From positions 276,882 through 340,881 of the forward strand of contig CAKOQC010000001.1 of NCBI GenBank assembly GCA_934101175.1: DNA of 64,000 bases, read 5' to 3'. Below are positions 21,217 through 30,590 of this stretch, one piece after another. Source of the stretch: an uncultured Bacilli bacterium (GTDB taxonomy: Bacteria; Bacillota_I; Bacilli_A; RF39; UBA660). Below the pieces are notes generated by a model. That model saw only the letters and a list, made by a program, of their open reading frames with translations. It was not told the origin of the DNA and searched no databases. Each line of letters begins with the position of its first letter. Within the stretch, counting starts at the first letter, position 1. The position numbers were made by a program, and so were the translations under genes.

Positions 21217-21292
21217 ATCTATTACCTCTTCTTCTTAATTATACTAAAATTTATTTAAAAAAGCTATCTTCTTCCTATCATTATCTCTATCT

Positions 21293-21571
21293 TTACATCT
21301 TATTTATCACTTTATTAACTTGATCTAATGCTACACCCATCTTATTAAGCATATTTCTAATTTCTGGATGTCCTCCTCCTAAATATTCATTCCAATCATT
21401 ATTAAAAACATAGCTTCCATTACTACATAGAGTTTGTGCTACTAGCATTAGCCAGTTTCCTAAGGCATTTTGTTCTGTACTAGTTAAATTTTCTGTTAGT
21501 AGCATTCCAAGTAAGAAAGCTGCTATAGTATACAATCTAGATTCTTCTTGTTTATTAACATTACTATTCAT
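21293..21571 (-). CDS. Small hypothetical protein
   Basis: 92 aa with no motif. Confidence 0.3.
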   Translation of the reverse strand: MNSNVNKQEESRLYTIAAFLLGMLLTENLTSTEQNALGNWLMLVAQTLCSNGSYVFNNDWNEYLGGGHPEIRNMLNKMGVALDQVNKVINKM

Positions 21572-21604
21572 ACTAAATAATATGAAAAAAAGATAATATC
21601 ATAT

Positions 21605-22411
21605 CTATTTTCTTTTATAATTATTATCTTTTCTTAAAACTCTTTTCTTACATTTAATATTATCTTCTTCTCTATTATTATATTCTCTATCTACATCATT
21701 ATCTCTATTAAGTATATCTACTTTATCATATTCTATATCTTTATTATCTATCTTCTTAGTTAACTCTACTTCTTTATTCATATCATTATCTATATTTTCA
21801 TTTTCTTCTAAGAATACTCCTCTTATCTTCATATCATCATTAGCTTGAAGCATTTCTCTTAAAGAATTCATAAATGAATGGAAATCATAAAATCCTGTTA
21901 CTGCAAAGATAATTCCTAAAAGATACCCTATAAATACATGTGTTGATAAAGTTATAAATGCACATCCAAGTACTCCTAAAAAGACAATTAATTCTCCTAC
22001 AGCTAAATCTTTTACACCCTTAATAAGTTTCTTATAATAATTTTTCTGTTCATTCACAAGTTTTAAATAATCAGATCTATTATCTTTTAATAAGTCCATA
22101 TCTAATTCTAATAATTTCTTCTGATAATATAAACCTACTCCTCTATGTTTTTGATACTTATAATAACTATATCCTCCCTTTAATAAGAAAGTTCCTCCTA
22201 TTAAAGATATTAATAAACTAGTATTTATCTTCATAATACTACCAAATACCCCTATTGCTAAAGATATTAAAGGTACTATTACCATCTTACTAAAATACTT
22301 TTCTTTTATATTCTTCTCTGTATCTATTTTCTTTACTACATCATCTATAACCAAATTCTTATCCATAATATTCCTCCTAAACAAGTACTCCTTATTATAA
22401 TCAATATCCAT
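21605..22411 (-). CDS. Membrane protein with a charged C-terminal tail
   Basis: 268 aa with 4 TM helices and a K/D/N/R-rich tail. Confidence 0.3.
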   Translation of the reverse strand: MDIDYNKEYLFRRNIMDKNLVIDDVVKKIDTEKNIKEKYFSKMVIVPLISLAIGVFGSIMKINTSLLISLIGGTFLLKGGYSYYKYQKHRGVGLYYQKKLLELDMDLLKDNRSDYLKLVNEQKNYYKKLIKGVKDLAVGELIVFLGVLGCAFITLSTHVFIGYLLGIIFAVTGFYDFHSFMNSLREMLQANDDMKIRGVFLEENENIDNDMNKEVELTKKIDNKDIEYDKVDILNRDNDVDREYNNREEDNIKCKKRVLRKDNNYKRK

Positions 22412-22469
22412 CTTTTTTGCAAGAATTATCTATCTATTATTATAAAATATTAATTAAAAAGACAATCTC

Positions 22470-22997
22470 TTAAAGATTATCTTTTACTAATTTAGCACTT
22501 CTAAATATTGGCATTAATTTCTTAACATTAACTTTTTCTTTAATCTTTTTCTTACCAATATCTCTAATAGCTTTCAATCTACCAGATTCATCATCTTTAT
22601 TATAAGCTATATAGCTAACACTATCTATATTGAAATTATGATTAAATTTAATAAATTTTGTTACTTCGTTTAGCATCAAAGCCATATCTCCAATAGTAAT
22701 CATTCCTGCATTAACTGTAATACCAAATGATTTATCATCTATTATCATTGGATTAAACATTCTACTATCATAGTTGTTATATTCTGATTCAAAACGATAT
22801 ATATATTCACTATTATATCTTTCATATAAATAGTTTGTTTTTAATTTATTATTTTGTACAAGTAATGGATTATTACTTTCAAAATCTAATTCATTTAACT
22901 TCTCATAAAGTAAATATGCTACTAATTTAATTTGTGTTTTTACATTTTCCGAGGGAACTTCCTCATCATCCAATGTAAAAGTATAAATCTCTTTCAT
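22470..22997 (-). CDS. Hypothetical protein
   Basis: 175 aa. Confidence 0.3.
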   Translation of the reverse strand: MKEIYTFTLDDEEVPSENVKTQIKLVAYLLYEKLNELDFESNNPLLVQNNKLKTNYLYERYNSEYIYRFESEYNNYDSRMFNPMIIDDKSFGITVNAGMITIGDMALMLNEVTKFIKFNHNFNIDSVSYIAYNKDDESGRLKAIRDIGKKKIKEKVNVKKLMPIFRSAKLVKDNL

Positions 22998-23055
22998 TTA
23001 AACCTCTTCCTTCTGAGCAAAAAATATCATATCACTTTTCTTCATTTTTGTCAAA

Positions 23056-25212
23056 TCAATATAAATTTTTAAATTCTATTTCCACCACTCCTTCTATTTT
23101 AGTACCAGGTTGAATATTTTGATTACTAGCATATCCATACCCAGTTAAATTATATGTAACTCCCATAAGATCTAGAACTATTTTACTCTCTTTATAAGAT
23201 AGTCCTGTAAAATCTATCATTGTCTTATCATTATCATTAGTAACTAATACTACTAAATCATTATTAGTAAGTGTTGTATCTTTATTAGGATACTGATTTA
23301 TAATCTTATTTCCTGTTCCTATTGTAATAACTCTTAGTTTATTATCATTAAGTTCTTTAATTATTTCCGTAGTTGTCTTATTAGTATAATCATTAACTGT
23401 ATAATTAATCTTATTACTAGTACTATTATCTATATTTAAATATTTAGATAAGTTAACAACAATATCTTTAACTGCTGGAGCTAAATAATTAACTGTATCT
23501 TTAGGTTTCTTAATAGCCATATATATAATTATCTCTGGATTATCTCCTGGATATATTCCTGCAAAAGAATATATATAATCACTATTACCTGTTAAGTATT
23601 TTCCATTTTCATATATTGAAGCTGTACCAGTTTTTCCTATTAAATCATATCCTTCCATATAATATGCTGAACCAGTTCCTTTTGTACTATCAGGAGTAAT
23701 TACACTTCTCATAAGTTCTTTTATCTTATCAGTAGTACTCTTAGAAGCTACTTTTCCTTTACTTTTTCTTGTATTTTCTAATGTCGTCTTTCCGTTTTCG
23801 TCTACTATCTTACTAACTACATAAGGTTCTAACATTTCTCCATCATTAGCTACTATACTCATTCCTTGTAACATCTGTACCGGACTAACCATAATACCCT
23901 GTCCATATCCTGCTGTAGCCGCTTCTACATCATAATTAAAACTAACATTCCCTTTAAGTTCATTATTTAAAGATATACCTGTCTTCTTACCAAAACCATA
24001 TTTATCATAACAAGCCTTAAGCTCTTTCTTAGAAATAACACTCTCAAGTAAATTAGCTACTCCTATATTAGAAGACATCGCATAACCATGATCATATGTA
24101 ATTAACCCCCATCCTGTTCCATTCCAGTCCTTAATAGTAACCGTATCATTAGCATCTCTTTCTGATACATATGTCTTAGATCCTGACATAAATGTATCAT
24201 CACCCTTATATTTACCACTATCAATAGCACACATATAACTAAATGTCTTCATTGTAGAACCAGGCTCATATGTATAACTAACTAATGGATCCATATAATT
24301 AGTTAAATTTCTTATATTAGGATCATATGAAGGTGTTGAAGAATATCCTAGTATCTCTCCTGTCTTAGCATTCATAACTCCCATTAAAACCCATTCTGCT
24401 TGGCTATCTTCTTGAGCCTTTTTAACTACTTTCTCAATAAATAATTGTACACTACTATCAATAGTTAGATATACATCACTTCCATTAGTAGCATCTTCTA
24501 CATATTCATTTGAATTAGCTATCTTATTACCTCTACCATCTTTCTCATAAGTAATATATCCTGCCTTACCAGTAAGTTCTTTATTAAAATATCCCTCTAT
24601 TCCTAACTCTCCAACCATATATAGATTTCCATCTATCACCTTATTCTTAGTATATCCTAATAAATAAGAAGCAAAATCTCCATTCGGATAATATCTTTTA
24701 GTACTTTTAGTGAAATCTATACCAGGTAAATTTAAATTCTTAATTTCTTCCATCTTTAACTGACTTAAGTTCTTACCTGCTACTCCAAATTCTACTTGAT
24801 AAGCATCTTTATTAAGTCTTTCTAATATTTTTTCATAAGACATATCTATATGTTCAGATAGTATTCTAGCAGTATTTTCTTTATCTTTAACGTGTCTAAG
24901 TTCTCCCCCATCTACACTTCTACTCTCTTCTAAGTAAGCTATCAAGGTATAACTAGAAACATCTTGTGCTAATACATTCCCCTTAGTGTCATAAATAGCT
25001 CCTCTTTCTGGCATAATTACTTCTTCTAAGATATTTCTATTTTTAATAAACTCACTAAGTGTTAAATCTCCTTTAGCTTTATAATCTACTAAACATCTAT
25101 AAGTTAATGTACCCCCAAATATTAAGAACAAAAAAAAGACAAAAAGATATACTAACTTATTTACCTTAAGTTTATTCGTATTTATCTTTTTGTCTTTCAT
25201 AATAGCCTCCAT
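23056..25212 (-). CDS. Class B penicillin-binding protein (FtsI/PBP2B/SpoVD-like) with C-terminal PASTA domains
   Basis: N-terminal TM anchor, transpeptidase motifs STMK, SSN and KTGT, and two PASTA-like repeats. It follows ftsL in the dcw cluster. Confidence 0.85.
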   Translation of the reverse strand: MEAIMKDKKINTNKLKVNKLVYLFVFFLFLIFGGTLTYRCLVDYKAKGDLTLSEFIKNRNILEEVIMPERGAIYDTKGNVLAQDVSSYTLIAYLEESRSVDGGELRHVKDKENTARILSEHIDMSYEKILERLNKDAYQVEFGVAGKNLSQLKMEEIKNLNLPGIDFTKSTKRYYPNGDFASYLLGYTKNKVIDGNLYMVGELGIEGYFNKELTGKAGYITYEKDGRGNKIANSNEYVEDATNGSDVYLTIDSSVQLFIEKVVKKAQEDSQAEWVLMGVMNAKTGEILGYSSTPSYDPNIRNLTNYMDPLVSYTYEPGSTMKTFSYMCAIDSGKYKGDDTFMSGSKTYVSERDANDTVTIKDWNGTGWGLITYDHGYAMSSNIGVANLLESVISKKELKACYDKYGFGKKTGISLNNELKGNVSFNYDVEAATAGYGQGIMVSPVQMLQGMSIVANDGEMLEPYVVSKIVDENGKTTLENTRKSKGKVASKSTTDKIKELMRSVITPDSTKGTGSAYYMEGYDLIGKTGTASIYENGKYLTGNSDYIYSFAGIYPGDNPEIIIYMAIKKPKDTVNYLAPAVKDIVVNLSKYLNIDNSTSNKINYTVNDYTNKTTTEIIKELNDNKLRVITIGTGNKIINQYPNKDTTLTNNDLVVLVTNDNDKTMIDFTGLSYKESKIVLDLMGVTYNLTGYGYASNQNIQPGTKIEGVVEIEFKNLY

Positions 25213-25222
25213 ATATATTTAC

Positions 25223-25516
25223 TTATTCTGAAACTGATTTAATATTTTCATTATTATAAGTAAGTCCTAACTGTGTACTAACAGCTTGTATTTTATCTAA
25301 AGAAACCATCTCATTTATTTTCATAACCAAACTTTGATTATCTTCAGTTTCATCTTTTATTATACCACTAAGTTCTTGAATTTCCAAATTAATTTTACTA
25401 AGCATTGCTCTACTATAAATAATTCCTACTACTAAAAATAGTGAAGTAATAACAAATGTCTTATAAATAAATTTCTCTATACGTACATTTTTATTTACTT
25501 TCTTCTTCTTTTTCAT
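25223..25516 (-). CDS. ftsL: Cell division protein FtsL-like
   Basis: 97 aa bitopic protein with a coiled coil, located between rsmH and pbp. Confidence 0.5.
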   Translation of the reverse strand: MKKKKKVNKNVRIEKFIYKTFVITSLFLVVGIIYSRAMLSKINLEIQELSGIIKDETEDNQSLVMKINEMVSLDKIQAVSTQLGLTYNNENIKSVSE

Positions 25517-25521
25517 ATTTA

Positions 25522-26445
25522 TCAGTCCTTTATCTTTTCAACTATTCTAAGTCTAGCACTCCTAGCTCTATTATTTTCATCTAATTCTATATCGCTTGGT
25601 GTTATTCCTTTACTAATTATTTTTAATTTAGGCATATATTCTAAAGGTATATAAGGAAGTTTACTAAATTTACTATCTACTTCACTATACTTTCTAAATA
25701 TATTCTTAACTGTTCTATCTTCTAAAGAATGAAAAGTAATAACACATATTCTTCCACCCACACGAATTAAATCTATTGCTTGTTCTAATGCACTCTCAAG
25801 TACATCTAATTCATGATTTACTTCTATTCTAATAGCTTGAAATGTTTTTCTTGCCGGATGTCCTTCTCTAAGTTCTCTCGCTGGCATACTTCTTTTTATT
25901 ATTTCTACTAATTCTAAAGTTGTCTCTATTGGTCTTATTTCTCTTTCTTTAATAATATTCTTAGCTATACTATTAGCATATTTTTCTTCTCCATAATCTC
26001 TAATTACTCTAACTAATTCTTGATAACTATAATTATTAACTAACTCATAAGCTGAAAAATCACTATCAGTATCCATTCTCATATCAAGTCTTGCATCATT
26101 ATGATAACTAAAACCACGATAATCTTCATCAAGTTGCATACTACTAACACCAATATCAAAAAGTATTCCATCCACCTTAGTAACACCCTCATCAAGTAAA
26201 CATTCTTTCATATTAGCAAAATTACTTTTAATTATCTTATAATTTTTATATGCTTTTAGTCTCTCTTTACTATAGCTTATCGCTTCAGCGTCTTGGTCAA
26301 AAGCATATAAAAACCCCTTTTCAATTCTTTTTAAGATTTCTAAACTATGTCCTCCAAATCCCAAAGTAGCATCTACATAAACTCCATCTTTATTGATATT
26401 TAATCCATCAACACTTTCATATAATAATACACTCTTATGCTTCAT
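25522..26445 (-). CDS. rsmH: 16S rRNA m4C1402 methyltransferase RsmH (MraW)
   Basis: VDATLGFGGHS SAM motif. The start is probably MKHKSVLLYE (~26445). The track ORF is extended into mraZ. Confidence 0.85.
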   Translation of the reverse strand: MKHKSVLLYESVDGLNINKDGVYVDATLGFGGHSLEILKRIEKGFLYAFDQDAEAISYSKERLKAYKNYKIIKSNFANMKECLLDEGVTKVDGILFDIGVSSMQLDEDYRGFSYHNDARLDMRMDTDSDFSAYELVNNYSYQELVRVIRDYGEEKYANSIAKNIIKEREIRPIETTLELVEIIKRSMPARELREGHPARKTFQAIRIEVNHELDVLESALEQAIDLIRVGGRICVITFHSLEDRTVKNIFRKYSEVDSKFSKLPYIPLEYMPKLKIISKGITPSDIELDENNRARSARLRIVEKIKD

Positions 26446-26878
26446 CTTCAAAATCCCCATCAAATAAGTTTTCTGATATTTCATCCAACTTTTCATAATT
26501 TTCTTGCATTAGTTTATTTAATTTGTCTAATGCCCAAATCTCTAGACGATCATTTACCCCAATGATTGCACATTCTTTTTCTATTCCTGCATATAAAATC
26601 AAAGAGTTATCTAGATTTATTCTACCTTGGCGATCAAATTCGCATACAGTGGCACTAGCTAAGAAAAATCTTGTAAACGTTCTTGCATCTTTCTTTGTAA
26701 ATGGTAGTTTTTTAAGTCTATTGACAATCTTTTCCCACTCTACTAAGGAATATACGAATAAACATCCATCAAGTCCTTTAGTAACTACGAAACTCTTGCC
26801 AATTTCCTCTCTAAATTTAGAAGGTATTATTAATCTTCCCTTTTCATCAATATTATGATGATATTCTCCAATTAACAT
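26435..26878 (-). CDS. mraZ: Transcriptional regulator MraZ
   Basis: MLIGEYHHNIDEKGRLIIPSKFRE matches the MraZ N-terminus. Confidence 0.8.
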   Translation of the reverse strand: MLIGEYHHNIDEKGRLIIPSKFREEIGKSFVVTKGLDGCLFVYSLVEWEKIVNRLKKLPFTKKDARTFTRFFLASATVCEFDRQGRINLDNSLILYAGIEKECAIIGVNDRLEIWALDKLNKLMQENYEKLDEISENLFDGDFEDEA

Positions 26879-26987
26879 ATTATCCCCCACTTTCTACCAC
26901 TCTTCACCACTTGCACTTTAATTTTATAATAAAAAAAACTATTTGTAAATAGTTTCAAATAGTTTTTCATTAACTTTACACTATATC

Positions 26988-28187
26988 TTACATTTTAATA
27001 TTCATATCTAGTATATTATCTAAATCTACTCCCGTAATTATCTTTCTAATAGCTTTATTTTTAAGTAGTTTTTCCAATAAACTATCTTCATCTATAACTA
27101 TATCTTTATAACTAACTGCTGTATCTGTGTCTACTTCATCAATCCCTATACTAGTATCTATATTATAATTTAACTTAAGCTCTAGTTTATAATTATCTTC
27201 TAGTGAATTTACTACTATTAAAGCACTCGTATCTTTATCATTATTCTTTATCTGAACACTACCAGAATACATCAAAGTATAATCTTGACTATATTCATAA
27301 TTATACTTATCTATTGCTTTAGTAATCTTAAGTTGTTCATTACTATCACTCATATCATTCTCTTCAAACATTAAAAATTCATTATTAAGTATTCCTAAAT
27401 AAATACTAAGTTCTATATCAGCATCTCCAAATATATCCTCTTGGGTAAATTCTTCTCCATATACATTCTTATATATACTAGTATATTTATTATCTTGAAG
27501 TAATGTCTTATTATATTTATCTCTAAATTCTTCATCTATAACTAAAGTAATCTTCTTAACATACTTATCATCTAATTTAACATACTCTTTTCTATAATTA
27601 GCATTATCTAGTCCACTCTTAAATGTATCTATATCTTTTTGAAATAAATATTTATAATCATCTATTGTAACACCACTATTATTACTACCATCTTTATCAA
27701 GTACTTTCTCTATCTTAATAGTCTTATCATATACCTCTTCTATATTTACATACATATCATCATCAGTAACAAGCATCTTAATAACCGGTAATAATTCATC
27801 ATCATAAGTATTATTCATAACTAAAGAAGACATCTTCTTATCTTTATCATAACCAATTCTTCCTTTAAATCCTACTTTATTAATAATATTATATATTTTA
27901 TTATCTTTACCCATTGCATCATTAATAGTAGCATCTATATCATATGTAATATTAAATTCATCATACCCATTATATTCTTCATAAGGTATCATCTTAGTAA
28001 TCTCTTTAGTAAATACTTTAAAAATCATCTTAGGATTATCTAATACAAAATAATAATATATTCCTCCTCCTAATAAGATTACTAATAATAATATTAAAAT
28101 AATAGTACCAGTATGTGTATTCTTAGGTTCTTTAAATGTATCATCATCCATTTCTCTATCAACTACAATATCTTTATTTTCTTCCAT
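26988..28187 (-). CDS. Membrane-anchored acidic hypothetical protein
   Basis: 399 aa with one N-terminal TM helix. The remainder is D/E/K/Y-rich. Confidence 0.3.
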   Translation of the reverse strand: MEENKDIVVDREMDDDTFKEPKNTHTGTIILILLLVILLGGGIYYYFVLDNPKMIFKVFTKEITKMIPYEEYNGYDEFNITYDIDATINDAMGKDNKIYNIINKVGFKGRIGYDKDKKMSSLVMNNTYDDELLPVIKMLVTDDDMYVNIEEVYDKTIKIEKVLDKDGSNNSGVTIDDYKYLFQKDIDTFKSGLDNANYRKEYVKLDDKYVKKITLVIDEEFRDKYNKTLLQDNKYTSIYKNVYGEEFTQEDIFGDADIELSIYLGILNNEFLMFEENDMSDSNEQLKITKAIDKYNYEYSQDYTLMYSGSVQIKNNDKDTSALIVVNSLEDNYKLELKLNYNIDTSIGIDEVDTDTAVSYKDIVIDEDSLLEKLLKNKAIRKIITGVDLDNILDMNIKM

Positions 28188-28313
28188 ATCTTACTACCTC
28201 TCTTTACTAATACATTATAATTTTATCATATCTATTTCTATTTTACAAACAAATTATCTTATTTAGAATTATTTTCCATCAAAAACTTAATTTTTGTAAA
28301 TGTCAACATCAAG

Positions 28314-28511
28314 ACCTAAAAAAATTAGCAATACAAAATTAATGTACTGCTAATTCGTATTATCCCATTTTCATCATTTTATTACTCACAGGAACCTACT
28401 GTTTATGTATTTAATCACTTATGTGATTAGGAACTAAACCTCTACGATAATCCATATTTGTAATATCCTTGAATATTAAATACTGAAGACATAAGTCTTA
28501 TATATTGTAGT
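28314..28511. repeat. Conserved ~195 bp 3' flank shared with 46867..47048
   Basis: About 95% identical to 46867..47048. On the minus strand it contains a small hairpin (aagac-ttat-gtctt) directly after the stop codon, a palindrome aatcac-tta-tgtgatt, and a ttagca...tgctaa hairpin plus T7 run, which is a candidate terminator. Confidence 0.7.
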
Positions 28512-30368
28512 CTAGGCCACCAACGAAGAACGAAATCCGCTGTTGTTGTTGGCATTGCCATGGTAGTTGCTAAAGTAAAACACGCCGACAGTAGAACCAC
28601 CGCTATAGCCGCCGCCTCGCCTCAACCATGGGTAATTGGCACTAACAAAGCCCGCGTAATCACCATACCAACTACTAACCTCGGATAAACCATGTCCATA
28701 ACATATTCCACCATTACAAGCAGTTAAGGCATTAGTCGTTGTATAATCATCATAATATTTACTATCTGGTTTACTATTAAACCCAGCACTATTTCCTCCC
28801 CATGTTGTACTTGCACCACTATAATATCCCATGACATATTCATATGCTCCTCCAGACATATCATATATTCCCGTAATATTTCCTGTGGTACTTGCTACTT
28901 TTGTTAAATCTCTTGTACTACTTTTGGTATTAGTACCATAATTTAATAAATATCCATCCCACGTATAATATCCATAACTATTGTATTGTTCTGTTGAAGT
29001 TTGAGCTGTATATGTTTTATTTATTGGAGTTTGGTAGCCAACATTGCCACCACTTCTTCCAGTATAATATGATGATGAGTTATTAATATATATTTCTCTA
29101 TTTGCTCCATATTTTGAATGTGATAGATATGCAGCGGCTCCCCATTCATCATTCTTCATCATATGACTATCTGTGTTTGAAGTTATTCCGTATGTTGTAC
29201 CACCTAGTAACTGTGCTGTAGTGAATTGTACTGATACTTTTTGACTTCTTAATGAAGATACATCTGGTAATATTGTAGGACTAGAAGCTGTACCTGTTGT
29301 TTCAAATTTTCCTACCCATATTCCTGATAACTCTTCTCCTTCATCTCTTACTCCATCACTATCATTATCCCACCAAAATGCTGGGTGAGTTATATATTCG
29401 CCAACTTGTGTTCCTTTTGATATTGTATCTTTATCTTCAAAAATTATATCTATTGTTTGTTCTTTACCATTTTCATCATTGTCAGCTATAGACCATATCT
29501 GATATTTATATCTTGGTATCCAGACATAATATGCAAGTATATCTGCTTGATTAATTTCTACTCCAGAATTATTTTTATAATAATCCCTAGTTTGAGTACC
29601 ACTCTCTTTTACTAATACTACATTAGCCCATTCTTGATTAGAATAATTATACCAAGAATTATCTGTACTAGATATTGTTTTTATTACCGTACCATTTGAT
29701 GTATCAAAAACTATTGGTATCATTCCATCATCAAGTACTGGTGCATTAGGTTCTTCTTTTTGGTCCACACAGCTTCCATTTAAAGAAAGTTCAAATGATT
29801 GGTTCATGGTATCTGAACTAGTTTCTTTAGCATCTAACCATATCCATAAATAATATGTTTCTGTTGTAGTACTGCTATAATCTTTATCTGTAAATAGTCT
29901 TACTTTATTATTTTTAGCAAGTCCTCCAAAATTACCAGAAATAATTACTCCAGTATCTTTATCAGTACTACTTGTATTTAATACATACATTAAATTACTA
30001 CTGATAGCTAAATTATCTGAAATACTTTTTATATCTAACCATAAGTCCATATAAATAGTTTTACCTTCTTTAGTAATCGTAGGCATTACTTTTACTTCTC
30101 TTTTTATATAGTTAGCTGTGGTAGTATCGTTAACTTCTGTTGGTATTAAATTAATTGTACCTGATGTGATATCTCCACCACCATCAGCTGCACAACTAAA
30201 ATCACTTTCAATGGTGAAGTTTACTACTGTCTTTTGTTCTTCGGTACTCTGCCAACGCCAATATGCTAAAGTTCCCCCAATAATTGCAATTACTAGTCCA
30301 AATATAGCAATTATTATCAATGTTTTCTTATTTTTTTCCATACATTTCTCCTTCAAAAAAGTCCTCAA
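28512..30368 (-). CDS. Membrane-anchored surface protein with a C-terminal FGE-sulfatase / C-type-lectin-like domain, copy 1
   Basis: 618 aa with an N-terminal signal anchor. C-terminal FGE-domain-like motifs are EWGAAAYLSHSKYG, GIYDMSGGAYEYVMGY, RRGGGYSGG and the terminal GFRSSLVA. The last ~50 codons are GC-rich. It is ~80-85% identical to copy 2. Confidence 0.6.
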   Translation of the reverse strand: MRTFLKEKCMEKNKKTLIIIAIFGLVIAIIGGTLAYWRWQSTEEQKTVVNFTIESDFSCAADGGGDITSGTINLIPTEVNDTTTANYIKREVKVMPTITKEGKTIYMDLWLDIKSISDNLAISSNLMYVLNTSSTDKDTGVIISGNFGGLAKNNKVRLFTDKDYSSTTTETYYLWIWLDAKETSSDTMNQSFELSLNGSCVDQKEEPNAPVLDDGMIPIVFDTSNGTVIKTISSTDNSWYNYSNQEWANVVLVKESGTQTRDYYKNNSGVEINQADILAYYVWIPRYKYQIWSIADNDENGKEQTIDIIFEDKDTISKGTQVGEYITHPAFWWDNDSDGVRDEGEELSGIWVGKFETTGTASSPTILPDVSSLRSQKVSVQFTTAQLLGGTTYGITSNTDSHMMKNDEWGAAAYLSHSKYGANREIYINNSSSYYTGRSGGNVGYQTPINKTYTAQTSTEQYNSYGYYTWDGYLLNYGTNTKSSTRDLTKVASTTGNITGIYDMSGGAYEYVMGYYSGASTTWGGNSAGFNSKPDSKYYDDYTTTNALTACNGGICYGHGLSEVSSWYGDYAGFVSANYPWLRRGGGYSGGSTVGVFYFSNYHGNANNNSGFRSSLVA

Positions 30369-30548
30369 GTATTCTACTTTATAGCTCTTTATTATGGTTA
30401 AATTATACTATAAATAAAGGAATTACACAAGATATATAGATAAATTTTGTAAGAAAAATTTCTAACTTTTATATTTTAATATTTTTAAATAAAGTCAATA
30501 TTTTCAAGGGTTTATGTTACATTTATAAAATTATTAAGTAGAATACTT
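30367..30548. promoter_or_regulatory. Invertible promoter switch, orientation ON for copy 1
   Basis: A 156 bp core (30380..30535) is flanked by perfect 13 bp inverted repeats, aagtattctactt (30367..30379) and aagtagaatactt (30536..30548). The core is the reverse complement (~90% identity) of the core at 49334..49489. A minus-strand sigma-A promoter TTGTGT-N17-TATAAT (30402..30430) points into the copy 1 gene. Its RBS is GAAGGAGA. Confidence 0.75.
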
Positions 30549-30590
30549 TATAACTTTTTTCTTTTATATTATTATAGATAAAGAAAAATC

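Noticed and set aside
29297-29491. Antisense ORFs inside the FGE-domain genes (29297..29491, 30118..30384, 48247..48441, 49071..49400) that look conserved between loci
   Set aside because: Their conservation is a by-product of the duplicated coding sequence on the opposite strand. They are low-complexity with no RBS.
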